A DNA stretch of 63,292 nt, counting the filler, from Thraustochytrium aureum (lineage: Eukaryota), in the NCBI GenBank assembly GCA_012862495.1. It is 3 parts of one record of this genome, joined end to end, with 100 filler letters (N's around TTAATTAATTAA, not from the genome) between each part and the next. Parts side by side here need not be neighbours in the genome. Positions count along the whole stretch, not along the records: positions 18,141 to 37,985 come from BLSG01000335.1; positions 38,086 to 63,292 come from BLSG01000335.1; 1 more part is not named here. One strand, written 5' to 3'. This document shows positions 32,035 to 42,843 of the stretch, piece after piece. The notes under the pieces were generated by a model. That model was not told the DNA's origin, did not search any database, and was given only the letters and a program-made list of their open reading frames with translations. The position numbers were made by a program, and so were the translations under genes. The first letter of the stretch is position 1; every line of letters begins with the position of its first letter.

Positions 32035-33199
32035 CTATTGTACCAATGGTCCACATGGGACTTTGACGGACACAATTGTTTTGGCCCGCTCTCGCTCTGC
32101 TGGCCCCATTCCTATTGCCTGCTCGTCGCCGGGATGCACACAAACCAGCTGGAACGCCTTGCGCTTTGCAAGAGCAGCAGCGCTGCGCAACAGCACGGCC
32201 CGCCACTTTGCACCAGGGCCCGACAAAACGGTGGCGAGCCGCGCCGCGCTGTGCTCTGGGCCCTGAAGCACCAGGTGCGCGGTGCTTGCAACTAAAGCGG
32301 TGCCCACAAGGAGCACGGCGTGCCCTTGGTACTGCAAGTAGAGCGGATAGCGCGCCCCGTGCGCCGCCGCTGGCCCGCTCGCAGTCTCGGCGACCGCCAC
32401 CGACAGGCGCGCCGCGCGCTGAACAGTCCAAGCCAACCCTTGCGCAAAGTAGCACTGTGAAAATCGCACAAGCTGCTCCGCGGCTGCTGGCCCCTCAAAG
32501 TCTACCACTGTGCAGCGCACGTTGAAGTACTGCAGGAGCGTGCAGACCTCGACAGCGCCAATCCACTCGCGCTTGCCAACGAGGGCGCCGTCGTAGTGGG
32601 CTGCGCCTTGCGGGTCGAAGCCTTGGCGCCAAGCCAGCTCGATGCACGTTTGCAGCGAGGCCACGTCCGGCACCCAACCGGTCCCGTCGAAGAGTCTCCG
32701 CCGCAGCGCGCCACACTCGCTCAACAGCACAGCGCACAGCATCTGAGCTGCCCTGAAGCCGCATGACCATCTATCTGTCTGAGCGACGTGCAAGAGCCTC
32801 GCACAGCTAGCCAGCGCAAAGCCCCCGACTCCCGCGTCTCCTTCGAGGCGCTCAACAAGTAGGCCACGGAGGTCCCAGGCGCCGTCGAGCAGCCTCGGCT
32901 CTGGCACGAGCGCGCCAGCCACGCCCTCGTCCCATCCCTGGTGCTCTGGTCCCCCCAGCGCGCCCCCCCCGTCCGTCCGTCGTCGAGCTGTGCGCAGCAA
33001 GCGCGTTGGCGTCCGAGCCGGGGCTGGGCGCAGCTCTGCGTTGCCTTTTCGGGCGAGCCGAGTCCGTATCGGCGCGGTTGCAGGCGAGCTTGCCGCCGAG
33101 GCACAGCACCTCCTGTCGCGTGGCGGCGCCTGCTGTGTCGTCGTCCCCGAGGCCGTCGCTGTCGCTGTCGACGCAGACGGCCTCCGCCGCGCTCCCCAT
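32035..33199 (-). CDS. Peptidase C78 / ZUP1(ZUFSP)-Mug105-like deubiquitinase (frameshift at G-run ~32965)
   Basis: DRWSCGFRAAQML (catalytic Cys), VPDVASLQTCIELAWRQGFDPQGA, KREWIGAVEV, PLYLQYQGHA (catalytic His). Confidence 0.85.
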
Positions 33200-33207
33200 C
33201 GCGGGTC

Positions 33208-33365
33208 CCAGCCGAGGCTGGCAAGTCAGCCGAGGCTGGCAAGTCAGGCTGGTTGGCAAGTCAGGCTGGTTGGCAAGCCAGGCAGGTTGGCAAGTCAGGC
33301 TGGTTGGCAAGCTGGCGAGCTGCCTGGCTGGCAAGCTGCCTGGCTGGCTGGCTGGCAAGCTGCCA
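33208..33365 (+). repeat. Degenerate ~17-bp minisatellite (ggYtggcaagtca)
   Basis: Repeated ggctggcaagtca / ggttggcaagtcaggct units upstream of the ZUP1-like start. Confidence 0.8.
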
Positions 33366-34374
33366 GACGCACGACGTTGAATCGAGTCCGACCCGTTGAC
33401 CGTGCGCACTCTTGGCATTCAGTCAGACTGTCAGCACTCAAGACTTGTCCGTCGCACTCNNNNNNNNNNNNNNNNNNNNNNNNNNNNNNNNNNNNNNNNN
33501 NNNNNNNNNNNNNNNNNNNNNNNNNNNNNNNNNNNNNNNNNNNNNNNNNNNNNNNNNNNNNNNNNNNNNNNNNNNNNNNNNNNNNNNNNNNNNNNNNNNN
33601 NNNNNNNNNNNNNNNNNNNNNNNNNNNNNNNNNNNNNNNNNNNNNNNNNNNNNNNNNNNNNNNNNNNNNNNNNNNNNNNNNNNNNNNNNNNNNNNNNNNN
33701 NNNNNNNNNNNNNGAAGGTGCCCTTCGCGTTGGCCAGAAATCTTTGCCGACTTGCCAACACGAGCCGGCCGGTTGGATGGACGGACCTTCGAGGTTTTCC
33801 AGGCGCGACGAGGGCGGGTGGCTCTCATGTCATCCAGCTGCCTGTGGCGCTCTCGATGATACACTTGAAGGTGGAGCAGGTTGAGTAGAGGGGAGTGTGA
33901 GAGTGTCGTGCAGGCGTTTTGCCTTGTTCTTTCGCGGCAGCCTGGCCTCGGACTCGGACAGGGACGAAAACGTTTCGCGCCGGATGGCTCATGATCTGCC
34001 AAGTTTGCAAGTGCAGACCAACCATTGCGTTGTTCACGATCTTTGATTAGTGCACAAGGAGCACGCACGCACGCACGCATGCAGTCAGGAAAGTATCCAA
34101 ATAGCGTGTGGTCGCGTTGCGCGTTGGTGCGCACCTGCTTTGGCTCTCGGCTCGGCCGAGCAGGGCCAACCCGCTCGCCTGCACAACAGATCCCTTTCGA
34201 GGCCAATCGCAAACACAGGCAAAACCCAAACCAACGGTGAGGTGAGTCCACTGGCATGCAACCAGCTTGACCCTGACCTCGTGGCGTCTGACAATCGCTG
34301 CTGCGAGCGCACAGGACGCACGCAGTACAGACACTGGCAGACCGCGAGGAATCGTTTTCGAGACGCTCGACAGG

Positions 34375-34573
34375 ATGGACAGCAAGGGGTGCTCCAAGGG
34401 GTGCTGCAGCAGCGGCAAGTGCTCCTGCTCCGGAACGGTACGTGGCACACTCGTAAGCTTGTGGCCTGAGTGCTCTGCTGACGAGCGCGTTTGCGAAATG
34501 CACTGCAATCACGGCACAGAACAAGTGCAGCTGCTCGGACTCGTGCTCTTGCAAGTCCAAGGGCAGCAAGTGA
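34375..34573 (+). CDS. Metallothionein (two coding exons: 34375-34437 and 34520-34573)
   Basis: Splicing the GTACGT...GCTGAC...CAG intron (34438-34519) gives MDSKGCSKGCCSSGKCSCSGTNKCSCSDSCSCKSKGSK*: 38 aa, 9 Cys in CC/CxC motifs, no aromatic residues. Confidence 0.85.
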
Positions 34574-34695
34574 GGCCCATTTCCAGGCGCGACGCGCTGC
34601 CCCGCTGGCTTCGTAAGGTTAAGCTAAAGGCGAACCAATCAGACTTGCACTTGAAATCGTTGCAGCTCAATTTCCCTCCCGTCATTGGGGGCTTG

Positions 34696-35293
34696 CTACA
34701 GCTGCAGATCCGGGCGGCGCGCGCTCCACTCGTGCCGCAGAAGGCCGAAGCAGACGACGTCGCTCGGCGCAGTCTCAAACCTCGGCACGAAAGCGCCTCG
34801 ATGCACCCCTTCCTTGACGAAACCAGCTTTTGTCGCTACGCGCTGGGACGCCCCGTTCTGCGCGAGCGCCTCAAGATGCAAGCGCAAAACGCCAGGGGCT
34901 GCCGAGGAACATCATGTCGACGAAACCCTCGAGCGCCGCGGACATGATACCTCTGCCCCAAAAGGGCTCGCCCAACCAATACCCGATCACCCAATCGTGC
35001 GCCAACGGAGGCATCGAGCCCGCCACCGCGCCAATCACGCCAATGAGCTCGCCACCGCTCTCGATGGCCATCGTCGCGCTCGTGCTCCAATCTGTCTTCA
35101 AGGCGCGCTCCACAAAGCTGTCTGCGTGCGACTCCTCGTAAGGGTGCGGCAAAGTCGCCGTGAGCTCTGCAACCCCGCGCGCCGACGCATACTTGACGAG
35201 GGCCTTCTGATCCCCGTCGCGCACCGGCCGAAGTCGAAACACGGTCCCGTCCGCCACGCAGACCTCAGGTCGCGCGCATGCCAGCGCCTCCAT
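34696..35293 (-). CDS. GNAT N-acetyltransferase, RimJ/RimL family (frameshift ~34890)
   Basis: LRPVRDGD, LPHPYEESHA, IGYWLGEPFWGRGIMSAAL, then NGASQRVATKAGFVKEG in the next frame. Confidence 0.88.
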
Positions 35294-36098
35294 CTTCGCG
35301 CAACCGCCACCTGGCAGGAAGGGGTCTGGACGTACTCCACCGACCAGAACAGAAAATTGGCTCTGTCGTAGCCTCCTTGAAATCGATCGAATCATCCATC
35401 ATCTGTTCGTGGTCCAGCCCATCGATGCACAGCCAAACGCAAGCCAACCGCAACACAAAAGAGGCAGGTAAAGGCCCAGGCTGCCGAGCACCGCCGCCGC
35501 ACCGGCGCCGCCGCCTCAGCGCCGCAGCAACGATGGCGTTTCGGGAACTCGGCCGCGGGTCAACAAACAAAACACGTCCATTCTTTCTATTGAAAGATCT
35601 TGAACACAACGTTTTCAAGAAACCTTGACCTTCCTTAGTCCTTCCTCGGGGTTTCTTCCTTTTAAGGCGACTACATTTCCCCGGAGTAAGGCATTTGTAC
35701 CTTGAGAAGGCGGAGGGGTTTGTCCGGCCGGTGGATTTGGGACGTTAAATATTTGCAGTTTGCAGTGGGACGGATGCTCGAGTTCGAGTTGGCAGTGGAG
35801 CAGCAATAGAGCGCGCGACGCAGAGTCCGCGGAGGCGCGCAGGCAGTTGCGGAGGCGGGCAGGCCGCCAAGGCACCGGCGATCGCGAAGCTGCTCCTTTC
35901 CTTCGTGCGCTCACTCCGGCGCGCAGCCAGCGAGCGAGCGAGCGTGCGTGGGTGTCGCTGCGGCGCGTCCTCCCCGCTCGTGCAGGCGTTCGTTGCGAGG
36001 CTCGGGGCTTCAGCTTGTTTCAATTGGGTTGGGGCCGCGGAGGGTGCCGAGGACGGGGCCTGGCGGGCGGCGGGGAAAGGAGACCTGGCGGCGAGGGA

Positions 36099-37322
36099 AT
36101 GAACCGCGCTGATGCAGTCGTGCGGGAGGCGGCGCGGCTGGCGGATGGGGACAAGACGGGGCCGAACGTGGTCGTGAATGATGAGAACGCGCCGCGCGGT
36201 GCGAATGCAGTGGCTTCGCCAGGACTTGAAAGGCGGACGCCTCTCACTCCAAAGTCCGCGCTGGGGAAGCGCAGCGGGCTCTCCTCGGAGATCGGTGCAG
36301 GCGATGCCCTTGGCGAGCGCGGGGCGCGTGGTCTGCAGAGCNNNNNNNNNNNNNNNNNNNNNNNNNNNNNNNNNNNNNNNNNNNNNNNNNNNNNNNNNNN
36401 NNNNNNNNNNNNNNNNNNNNNNNNNNNNNNNNNNNNNNNNNNNNNNNNNNNNNNNNNNNNNNNNNNNNNNNNNNNNNNNNNNNNNNNNNNNNNNNNNNNN
36501 NNNNNNNNNNNNNNNNNNNNNNNNNNNNNNNNNNNNACTTCGGACGAAGAGTTCGAGCCGAAGCTGGTATCTAGACGGCAGGTCCGCGTCGGAAGCGCCG
36601 GCCTTCCACGGTCGTCGCACCGGGCCAAGCTTGCTGCTCAAGCGCAAATCATTGCTGAAAGGGCGGAGCAGCTTGCAGCGGCCGGCAGGGAGGAGGACGT
36701 CGGCCCAAGCCCGAGCGAGGCGCTTGAAATCTTCGAAACCGAACTTGCGGCCCAGGCGCCCACTTCTGCATGGCGCCCACTGCGCGCCGCGGCCCTCGCG
36801 CCAAAGCCAACGCCCGTGGACATTCCCCGCACGCATGCAGCACGAGCGAGCGAAACGGCCACCGACACCGAGACTAGGGCGGCGCCCTTTCTTCCTCAGG
36901 GCAATGCCGCGTTGGCCTGCTTTATCGAGCTGGCACGTGCCGAGGCCAGCGCTCCCGCGACTAGCGCCGTGCCGAGGCCGCTCTCCACGGTCCAGGCTGT
37001 GCGCGCCACACCTCTTTGCACAGAAACGAGAGAGGGCCCCGAGATCGGGCTTGCAATGCCCTCATCGTCCTCTGCGTCAGTTGCGGCAGAGACGCGGAAG
37101 GAAGGAGTGGCAACGCTTCGAATGGAGGCAGAGTCGGCTTCACAGAACGAACGAGAGACGGCTTCACCAAGCTCACAGGCGCCGCCACCTCTTGTCGGAA
37201 GGCCCACGGCTGCCGGCGCGAACAACCCGCCGAGTCCGCGCGTGCCCGCTGTGCCCACCGAGGAAAGCGAGCCTCCGCTTGCGAGCTCCACCTCGAGCGA
37301 CCAGTGCTGCATCCTCAGCTAG
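36099..37322 (+). CDS. Low-complexity hypothetical protein ending in a CaaX motif (gapped)
   Basis: Open frame on both sides of the gap; Ala/Pro/Ser/Glu-rich; ends DQCCILS*. Confidence 0.55.
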   Translation: MNRADAVVREAARLADGDKTGPNVVVNDENAPRGANAVASPGLERRTPLTPKSALGKRSGLSSEIGAGDALGERGARGLQSXXXXXXXXXXXXXXXXXXXXXXXXXXXXXXXXXXXXXXXXXXXXXXXXXXXXXXXXXXXXXXXXXTSDEEFEPKLVSRRQVRVGSAGLPRSSHRAKLAAQAQIIAERAEQLAAAGREEDVGPSPSEALEIFETELAAQAPTSAWRPLRAAALAPKPTPVDIPRTHAARASETATDTETRAAPFLPQGNAALACFIELARAEASAPATSAVPRPLSTVQAVRATPLCTETREGPEIGLAMPSSSSASVAAETRKEGVATLRMEAESASQNERETASPSSQAPPPLVGRPTAAGANNPPSPRVPAVPTEESEPPLASSTSSDQCCILS

Positions 37323-37985
37323 CAAGCAAGCAAGCGAGCTTGCTGGGAGCGGAATCGCTCCCCGGCGCCACCGCGCGTGCGCTAAAGGCGAGGCTGGGCC
37401 CACTGACCGGCCAGCGGCCACAGTCATCGCCGACGCACGCACCCAAAGGCACATACTCTATTCACAGTACGTACTCACCACATTTCTGAAGAAACAGTGC
37501 CGCGGCGAGCCAACTCGCCTTCGAACTTCGATCGAGAATCAAGCGCGCCGTGCACCGTCAAGAGCAGGGCAGAGCATCGAGCGCCTCGCCAGCCCGACTC
37601 GGCAGGCATCCCGACTTCAACTCGGACCATCATGACCAGCAAGAAAAGAAAAAAAACGCCAAAACAACCAAGAGCAAACGACGAGCAAACGTCGTTTTGT
37701 TTCTGCATCTCTCGCCTGCACAGCAGCAGCTGGGCTCGTCCAGGACGCCAAGGACGACGCTGCGCAGAGAGCAAACGTGCTGCGCCCGCGACCGGTGGCC
37801 CCGCCCGGGGACGTGGCCGTCCTGGCGTTTGGCTTCGCGTGGGCGCAGCAGGCGCGCGAGTGCGCGTTGGAGTGCGCGGCTGGGCGAGTGCGCGGCTGGG
37901 GCAGCCTCGAATCAGCAAGGATGCCGTTCATCCAGCCTTGCAGCACCACACGGAACCACGCGAGGTACAAGACGGTCGACTCGAC

Positions 37986-38085
37986 NNNNNNNNNNNNNNN
38001 NNNNNNNNNNNNNNNNNNNNNNNNNNNNNTTAATTAATTAANNNNNNNNNNNNNNNNNNNNNNNNNNNNNNNNNNNNNNNNNNNN
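37986..38085. other. Artificial 100-nt contig-joining linker
   Basis: TTAATTAATTAA at 38030-38041 flanked by Ns. Confidence 0.95.
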
Positions 38086-38636
38086 CGCGAGCACGAGCGG
38101 CGCTCGATGGCCAAGGGTGTTGCGGGTGTCACGGTCGGCGCGTTTGTCCTGCGCGTCGTGTCCTTCGACGCCTTCCTATTGCTCTTGGTCGCGCTCAATG
38201 TCGCGGTCTGCTACGGCATCCACCATCGGCACGCACTTGTCAAGCGATTTGCAAAGAGCTCGATTAAGCGGCGCGTCAAGTTCACGCGCCAAGTGTGGAA
38301 TGCTCGCTGGGGCAAGTCGTCGTCCAAGACCCAGCCGGCGCTGAACCGGACGGCCACGGGCTCGCCCAGCCAGCCAGTACGCCGTCCGGCTCCATTTCGG
38401 CGCCTGGGCCCAAGCGTGTGTCTCTGGTCCGGTCCTCTTCGCAGCCCACCCCGCTTTTGACGACCCCGGCAAGCGCTGGTGGGGCCTCCTTTTTTGCAGA
38501 CTCTCCGAACGACTCTGATTCTGCATTAGGCGGACCCCTGTCGCTGGCGACGCCCGTCGCGCTTCCGCCCGCGCTGGGCTCCCCTGGGCTCACGCGTCAG
38601 TCAAGTACAAGCAGGATCCTCAAGCTGATGACATGA
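38086..38636 (+). CDS. Hypothetical membrane protein, 3' part (frameshift ~38370)
   Basis: Hydrophobic GVAGVTVGAFVLRVVSFDAFLLLLVALNVAVCYG, a basic stretch, then a Ser/Pro-rich tail in the next frame. Confidence 0.45.
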
Positions 38637-38727
38637 CCAGCACGCGCCGTCCCCACACCAACCTTTATGTTTGATTGATTTTTTGTTCTTTGGTTGAGCG
38701 TCTTCCTGGCAGCTCTTGTCGCAGCGC

Positions 38728-39399
38728 TCAGAGCTTCGCTCGGCCTGGGCGACCCTGCGACTCGCACGTGCAGTATTTGATAAATGCCGAAATGGCCAGC
38801 GCCATGCTGACGCTCCGCGGCGAGGGGAGGTACCCAAACCCGTGACGGCCCCCGGGAATCTCGCAAAAGACGTCCACCGCCGAGCTTGCGGTTTTCTCCC
38901 GAATCCTCTCGATGCGCTCGAAGAATGCCTTGCTGTCATCGAGGGCGGCCAATTGGTCTCGCGTTCCGTGGATGAGCATGAGGGGACACAAGTCTTGCTC
39001 GTGCGGCTTGGCCGCGTACTCGGCCGTCATCGCCTGCATGCGACGCTCTAGCAAGTGGCTTGGACTCGCCGCCTCGAAGGCGGCGGGGTTGTCTGCCATG
39101 ATCTCGTCAAACACGACGCGCTCCAGGAGGCCAAGAAGCCGGGCGCGCTTGCCCTCGCCGCGGCCGTCCATCGTGGCCTGGTGGCCCTCGCTGTCGAGGA
39201 TGTCGTGCACCCCGTAAATGTCAACGACGCCCCGCACCGAACTGTCGTGCTTGCCGCGGGACTCGGGCGGGTCGTACGCCGGGTCGTTCGCGGTGAGGGC
39301 CATCATGGCGGTGAGGTGGCCGCCGGCGCTTTCCCCGGCGACGCAGACTTGGTTCGGGTCACCTCCGAAGCGCGGCGCGTTCTCCTTGACCCAGGCGAG
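38728..39399 (-). CDS. Alpha/beta hydrolase (HSL/carboxylesterase family), C-terminal part
   Basis: WVKENAPRFGGDPNQVCVAGESAGGHL (nucleophile Ser), IHGTRD (Asp), PGGRHGF (His); 5' part in gap. Confidence 0.92.
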   Translation of the reverse strand, partial: LAWVKENAPRFGGDPNQVCVAGESAGGHLTAMMALTANDPAYDPPESRGKHDSSVRGVVDIYGVHDILDSEGHQATMDGRGEGKRARLLGLLERVVFDEIMADNPAAFEAASPSHLLERRMQAMTAEYAAKPHEQDLCPLMLIHGTRDQLAALDDSKAFFERIERIREKTASSAVDVFCEIPGGRHGFGYLPSPRSVSMALAISAFIKYCTCESQGRPGRAKL

Positions 39400-40348
39400 N
39401 NNNNNNNNNNNNNNNNNNNNNNNNNNNNNNNNNNNNNNNNNNNNNNNNNNNNNNNNNNNNNNNNNNNNNNNNNNNNNNNNNNNNNNNNNNNNNNNNNNNN
39501 NNNNNNNNNNNNNNNNNNNNNNNNNNNNNNNNNNNNNNNNNNNNNNNNNNNNNNNNNNNNNNNNNNNNNNNNNNNNNNNNNNNNNNNNNNNNNNNNNNNN
39601 NNNNNNNNNNNNNNNNNNNNNNNNNNNNNNNNNNNNNNNNNNNNNNNNNNNNNNNNNNNNNNNNNNNNNNNNNNNNNNNNNNNNNNNNNNNNNNNNNNNN
39701 NNNNNNNNNNNNNNNNNNNNNNNNNNNNNNNNNNNNNNNNNNNNNNNNNNNNNNNNNNNNNNNNNNNNNNNNNNNNNNNNNNNNNNNNNNNNNNNNNNNN
39801 NNNNNNNNNNNNNNNNNNNNNNNNNNNNNNNNNNNNNNNNNNNNNNNNNNNNNNNNNNNNNNNNNNNNNNNNNNNNNNNNNNNNNNNNNNNNNNNNNNNN
39901 NNNNNNNNNNNNNNNNNNNNNNNNNNNNNNNNNNNNNNNNNNNNNNNNNNNNNNNNNNNNNNNNNNNNNNNNNNNNNNNNNNNNNNNNNNNNNNNNNNNN
40001 NNNNNNNNNNNNNNNNNNNNNNNNNNNNNNNNNNNNNNNNNNNNNNNNNNNNNNNNNNNNNNNNNNNNNNNNNNNNNNNNNNNNNNNNNNNNNNNNNNNN
40101 NNNNNNNNNNNNNNNNNNNNNNNNNNNNNNNNNNNNNNNNNNNNNNNNNNNNNNNNNNNNNNNNNNNNNNNNNNNNNNNNNNNNNNNCCACGCCACTCGC
40201 CACGCCGCTCGTCGCCCCTCGTCGCAAGCCACCTGCCCTGACTCGTGTCGGTTTCCGTCGTCGTTGTGCTCTTGGGACAGTCGGACATGACTGGGGGCGG
40301 ACTGGCCGCTTGGCCGTTCATGGAGATTTGCCACGCCATTCCTCGCCA

Positions 40349-40422
40349 CAAGGACCGCCGTCCTGGCCGCGCCAAAGGGACCGCCGTCTGGCCTCACCAA
40401 AGGACCGCCGTCCTGGCCTCGC
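40349..40422 (+). repeat. ~25-bp tandem repeat, 3 copies
   Basis: caa(a)ggaccgccgtc(c)tggcc units. Confidence 0.8.
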
Positions 40423-40598
40423 TGCTGGATCGTCCTGGATGTCTCGAAAAGCAAGGCAGCGCCGCCGCCATAGGCTCACTTCGTCTCACTCCACATCATT
40501 CCACATCGTTCCACCAGTGCAATCCAAGGCCACCGCTGCAGCGCAGACTGTAGAGGAAGCCTCGTCGTGCGCCAGACGCCAGCGACGCCGCTTTGTTT

Positions 40599-42053
40599 TC
40601 AAGCCCAGAACATGCTGGGCGCGACAGGATCGCGAGGCGGCCGCACAAAGCTCCCAAACTCTGTCTCGGAGCTCGAAGCAGAGTGGCCCGACGACGACGC
40701 AAGGGAGTGGCGCGCGGAAGGCATCGCGTCACCCCCGCGGCGCGAACTGGCAGAGTCGATCCGCGCTAAAGAGCCAGCATCGGCCCCAGCGCCGGCAGAG
40801 CTTTCCAAAGGTGGAAGGCTTCCGCCGCACGTTCCCATGCCAGGCACAGCTGCGCCAGAGAGCAGAGGCGTATCGGCACCTAGAACCCGAACACGCCGCG
40901 GGCGCGGCGTCATGCAGTGCAGCAGGACGATGCCAGGCACGAGCTCTGGCGCGAGGTAGAAAAACCACGGATACATGACTTTGGCAAGCACGCCAGTTAG
41001 ACGCACCGCGAAGAGCGGCTCGAGCAGGAACAGCGCGCCACGTAGCATGAAGAGTACAACAGCGAGGATGGTGATGAGGAGCACGTTGCGGACCAGCCGC
41101 ACCTTCAGCGGGTGCTGCAGAGAAGCCAGCACGCGAAGCAGCCGCACGCCGTAGCGGAGATACATGAGGCTGAGGACCGTGTAGAAGAAAGCGATGGTAA
41201 CGGTTTGGGCGTGGTCGATCGCGTTGAAGCGAGCAGCGTCGCACTCGAACCACTGCACGACGAGCAAGATGAATATGACCACGTAAACCCAAAAGTTGAG
41301 CAAAAGCTGCACGACGTCTGGAGTGAGCAGGACGCAAACAAGCGAGCAGATTGCGTTGAACCCTTGCTGGTCGCCGACCTGGCCAGCGGCGGGGTCGATA
41401 TTGTCCTGCGCAAAGAGGTCGGGGATCAACACCATCGAGTCTCCGGGCCTCCGCCGCGTGGTGCTCTGCGCGAGCGCCGCGGCAATCTCCTGCTCCGAAG
41501 CCAGCCCCGCCCTACGCTTGCGATCGTGCTGCCGTAGAACGTTGGCGATGTACCCCACCATTGAGAGGTACGAAGTGAAGAACAACAGTTGGGCCAGCCG
41601 GTTGCAAGCGGACACGAGCGTGTGGTAGTTCTTGCAGGTCACCTGGCCGCGTCCTGGGTCGGGGGCCACGTTTTCCACAGTCAGCACCACCCAGACCGTT
41701 CGCAGCAAGAACGCAAAAGCCAGGTTTTGGGCCAAGAAGGTCAGCCGTGACCTGTTGAGCGGTGACACGGTCATGACGCGCCCAGCAAACCTGAGGACCA
41801 TGCCGCCCTCCGCGGCGCGCCTGCTGGCAAGTGCGATGCTTGCGCTGCTCCCCCCGAGCCCATTCCCGCCTCTTGTGGCCGCGCCAGCACCGCAGTGCAC
41901 AGCCGCGTCCTGGCTGGCGTGCAGCGCAGCAACCGCTTCTTGGCGTTCGCGGTCCATCCAGCACCTGAACACGGATTGCAGCGCGGCGTACATGAACGCC
42001 AGCCCATAAAGTACGGCGCACGCCCTCAGGGCCTGCACATTGTACTCCTCCAT
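40599..42053 (-). CDS. THH1/TOM1/TOM3 (DUF1084) / GPR137-like 7TM protein
   Basis: About 7 TM segments. RLAQLLFFTSYLSMV, LRYGVRL, LFMLRG and FYLAPELVPGIVLL match the family. First ATG at 42053; the frame is open to 42131. Confidence 0.75.
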   Translation of the reverse strand: MEEYNVQALRACAVLYGLAFMYAALQSVFRCWMDRERQEAVAALHASQDAAVHCGAGAATRGGNGLGGSSASIALASRRAAEGGMVLRFAGRVMTVSPLNRSRLTFLAQNLAFAFLLRTVWVVLTVENVAPDPGRGQVTCKNYHTLVSACNRLAQLLFFTSYLSMVGYIANVLRQHDRKRRAGLASEQEIAAALAQSTTRRRPGDSMVLIPDLFAQDNIDPAAGQVGDQQGFNAICSLVCVLLTPDVVQLLLNFWVYVVIFILLVVQWFECDAARFNAIDHAQTVTIAFFYTVLSLMYLRYGVRLLRVLASLQHPLKVRLVRNVLLITILAVVLFMLRGALFLLEPLFAVRLTGVLAKVMYPWFFYLAPELVPGIVLLHCMTPRPRRVRVLGADTPLLSGAAVPGMGTCGGSLPPLESSAGAGADAGSLARIDSASSRRGGDAMPSARHSLASSSGHSASSSETEFGSFVRPPRDPVAPSMFWA

Positions 42054-42329
42054 CGCCTGCGCCAGCTGCCCGCGCGCGCTGCGCCACTGCTCTTCGTCAA
42101 TCGCGCGCTCGCCTTCGAGGGGCCCTTCCAATCTCTCGTCACATGCCCCTCAACGTTTCGAGCTCGAACAAAGATTGGGGTGGAGTCCCGCGCCCTTGCC
42201 GTGCACGTTGCGTCTCCTGTAGACGTGCCGGGTCGATTGTTCGCGTCACCAAGGGGTCTCGTTGTTGGAACGAGTGACTCGCACCAGTGACCCAGTTGGT
42301 ACTGGCTCAGTCAACAGCAGCTTGTGAGG

Positions 42330-42650
42330 AGTGAGGAACGGTAGAGTAACGAACTGTGCGAGCCCCTGTTCGAGAACGCGTTTGGGCGATGGACACGACT
42401 CGATAACGCCCAATCCGTGAGTAGGCCAGGCAGCAGCAGCAGGGACGTCTCGCTGCGCCACGAAGGCGGCCTGCTGGAGAGGGCCCAGAGCGAACCCATG
42501 AGGGCTAGAGGTCGAGACGGTCAACTTCGGTTGATCGATCATCCTCTGGCGGGACCGACAAACAGGCCAGGCGCCAGCCCACTTCAACGCGCCATGTATA
42601 ACGGGTCTCACGACTCGCGAGAGCACGATGGCGTTGTGTGGGCCTACCTA
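42330..42650 (+). mobile_element. Possible decayed Harbinger/PIF (DDE_Tnp_4) transposase remnant
   Basis: NFG/LID..PTNRPG..LQRAMYNG..DGVV resembles the FGFIDGT..xxRPG..QRxxYNGHK..DG segment of Harbinger transposases; disrupted. Confidence 0.35.
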
Positions 42651-42843
42651 CCCACCTCCGACGAAGCTCCGACGAGCGCGCAGAGTATGTTGGGTGTTCA
42701 AGAATGGGCGGCGCCGAGGAAGGCAATTGTGATTTTTATGTTCAGTCACTTGATCTTGCCAGTGCTCGTCGTGCGTGCAGGCGGGGAGCAGTCTCACATC
42801 GGCAGCAGCAGCGAGCAAGGCACCGCAGGCACGGCATCGCAGC

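Noticed and set aside
34128..34134. TGCGCAC metal-response-element-like motif upstream of the metallothionein
   Set aside because: Single short GC-rich match, and MTF-1/MRE regulation is an animal system.
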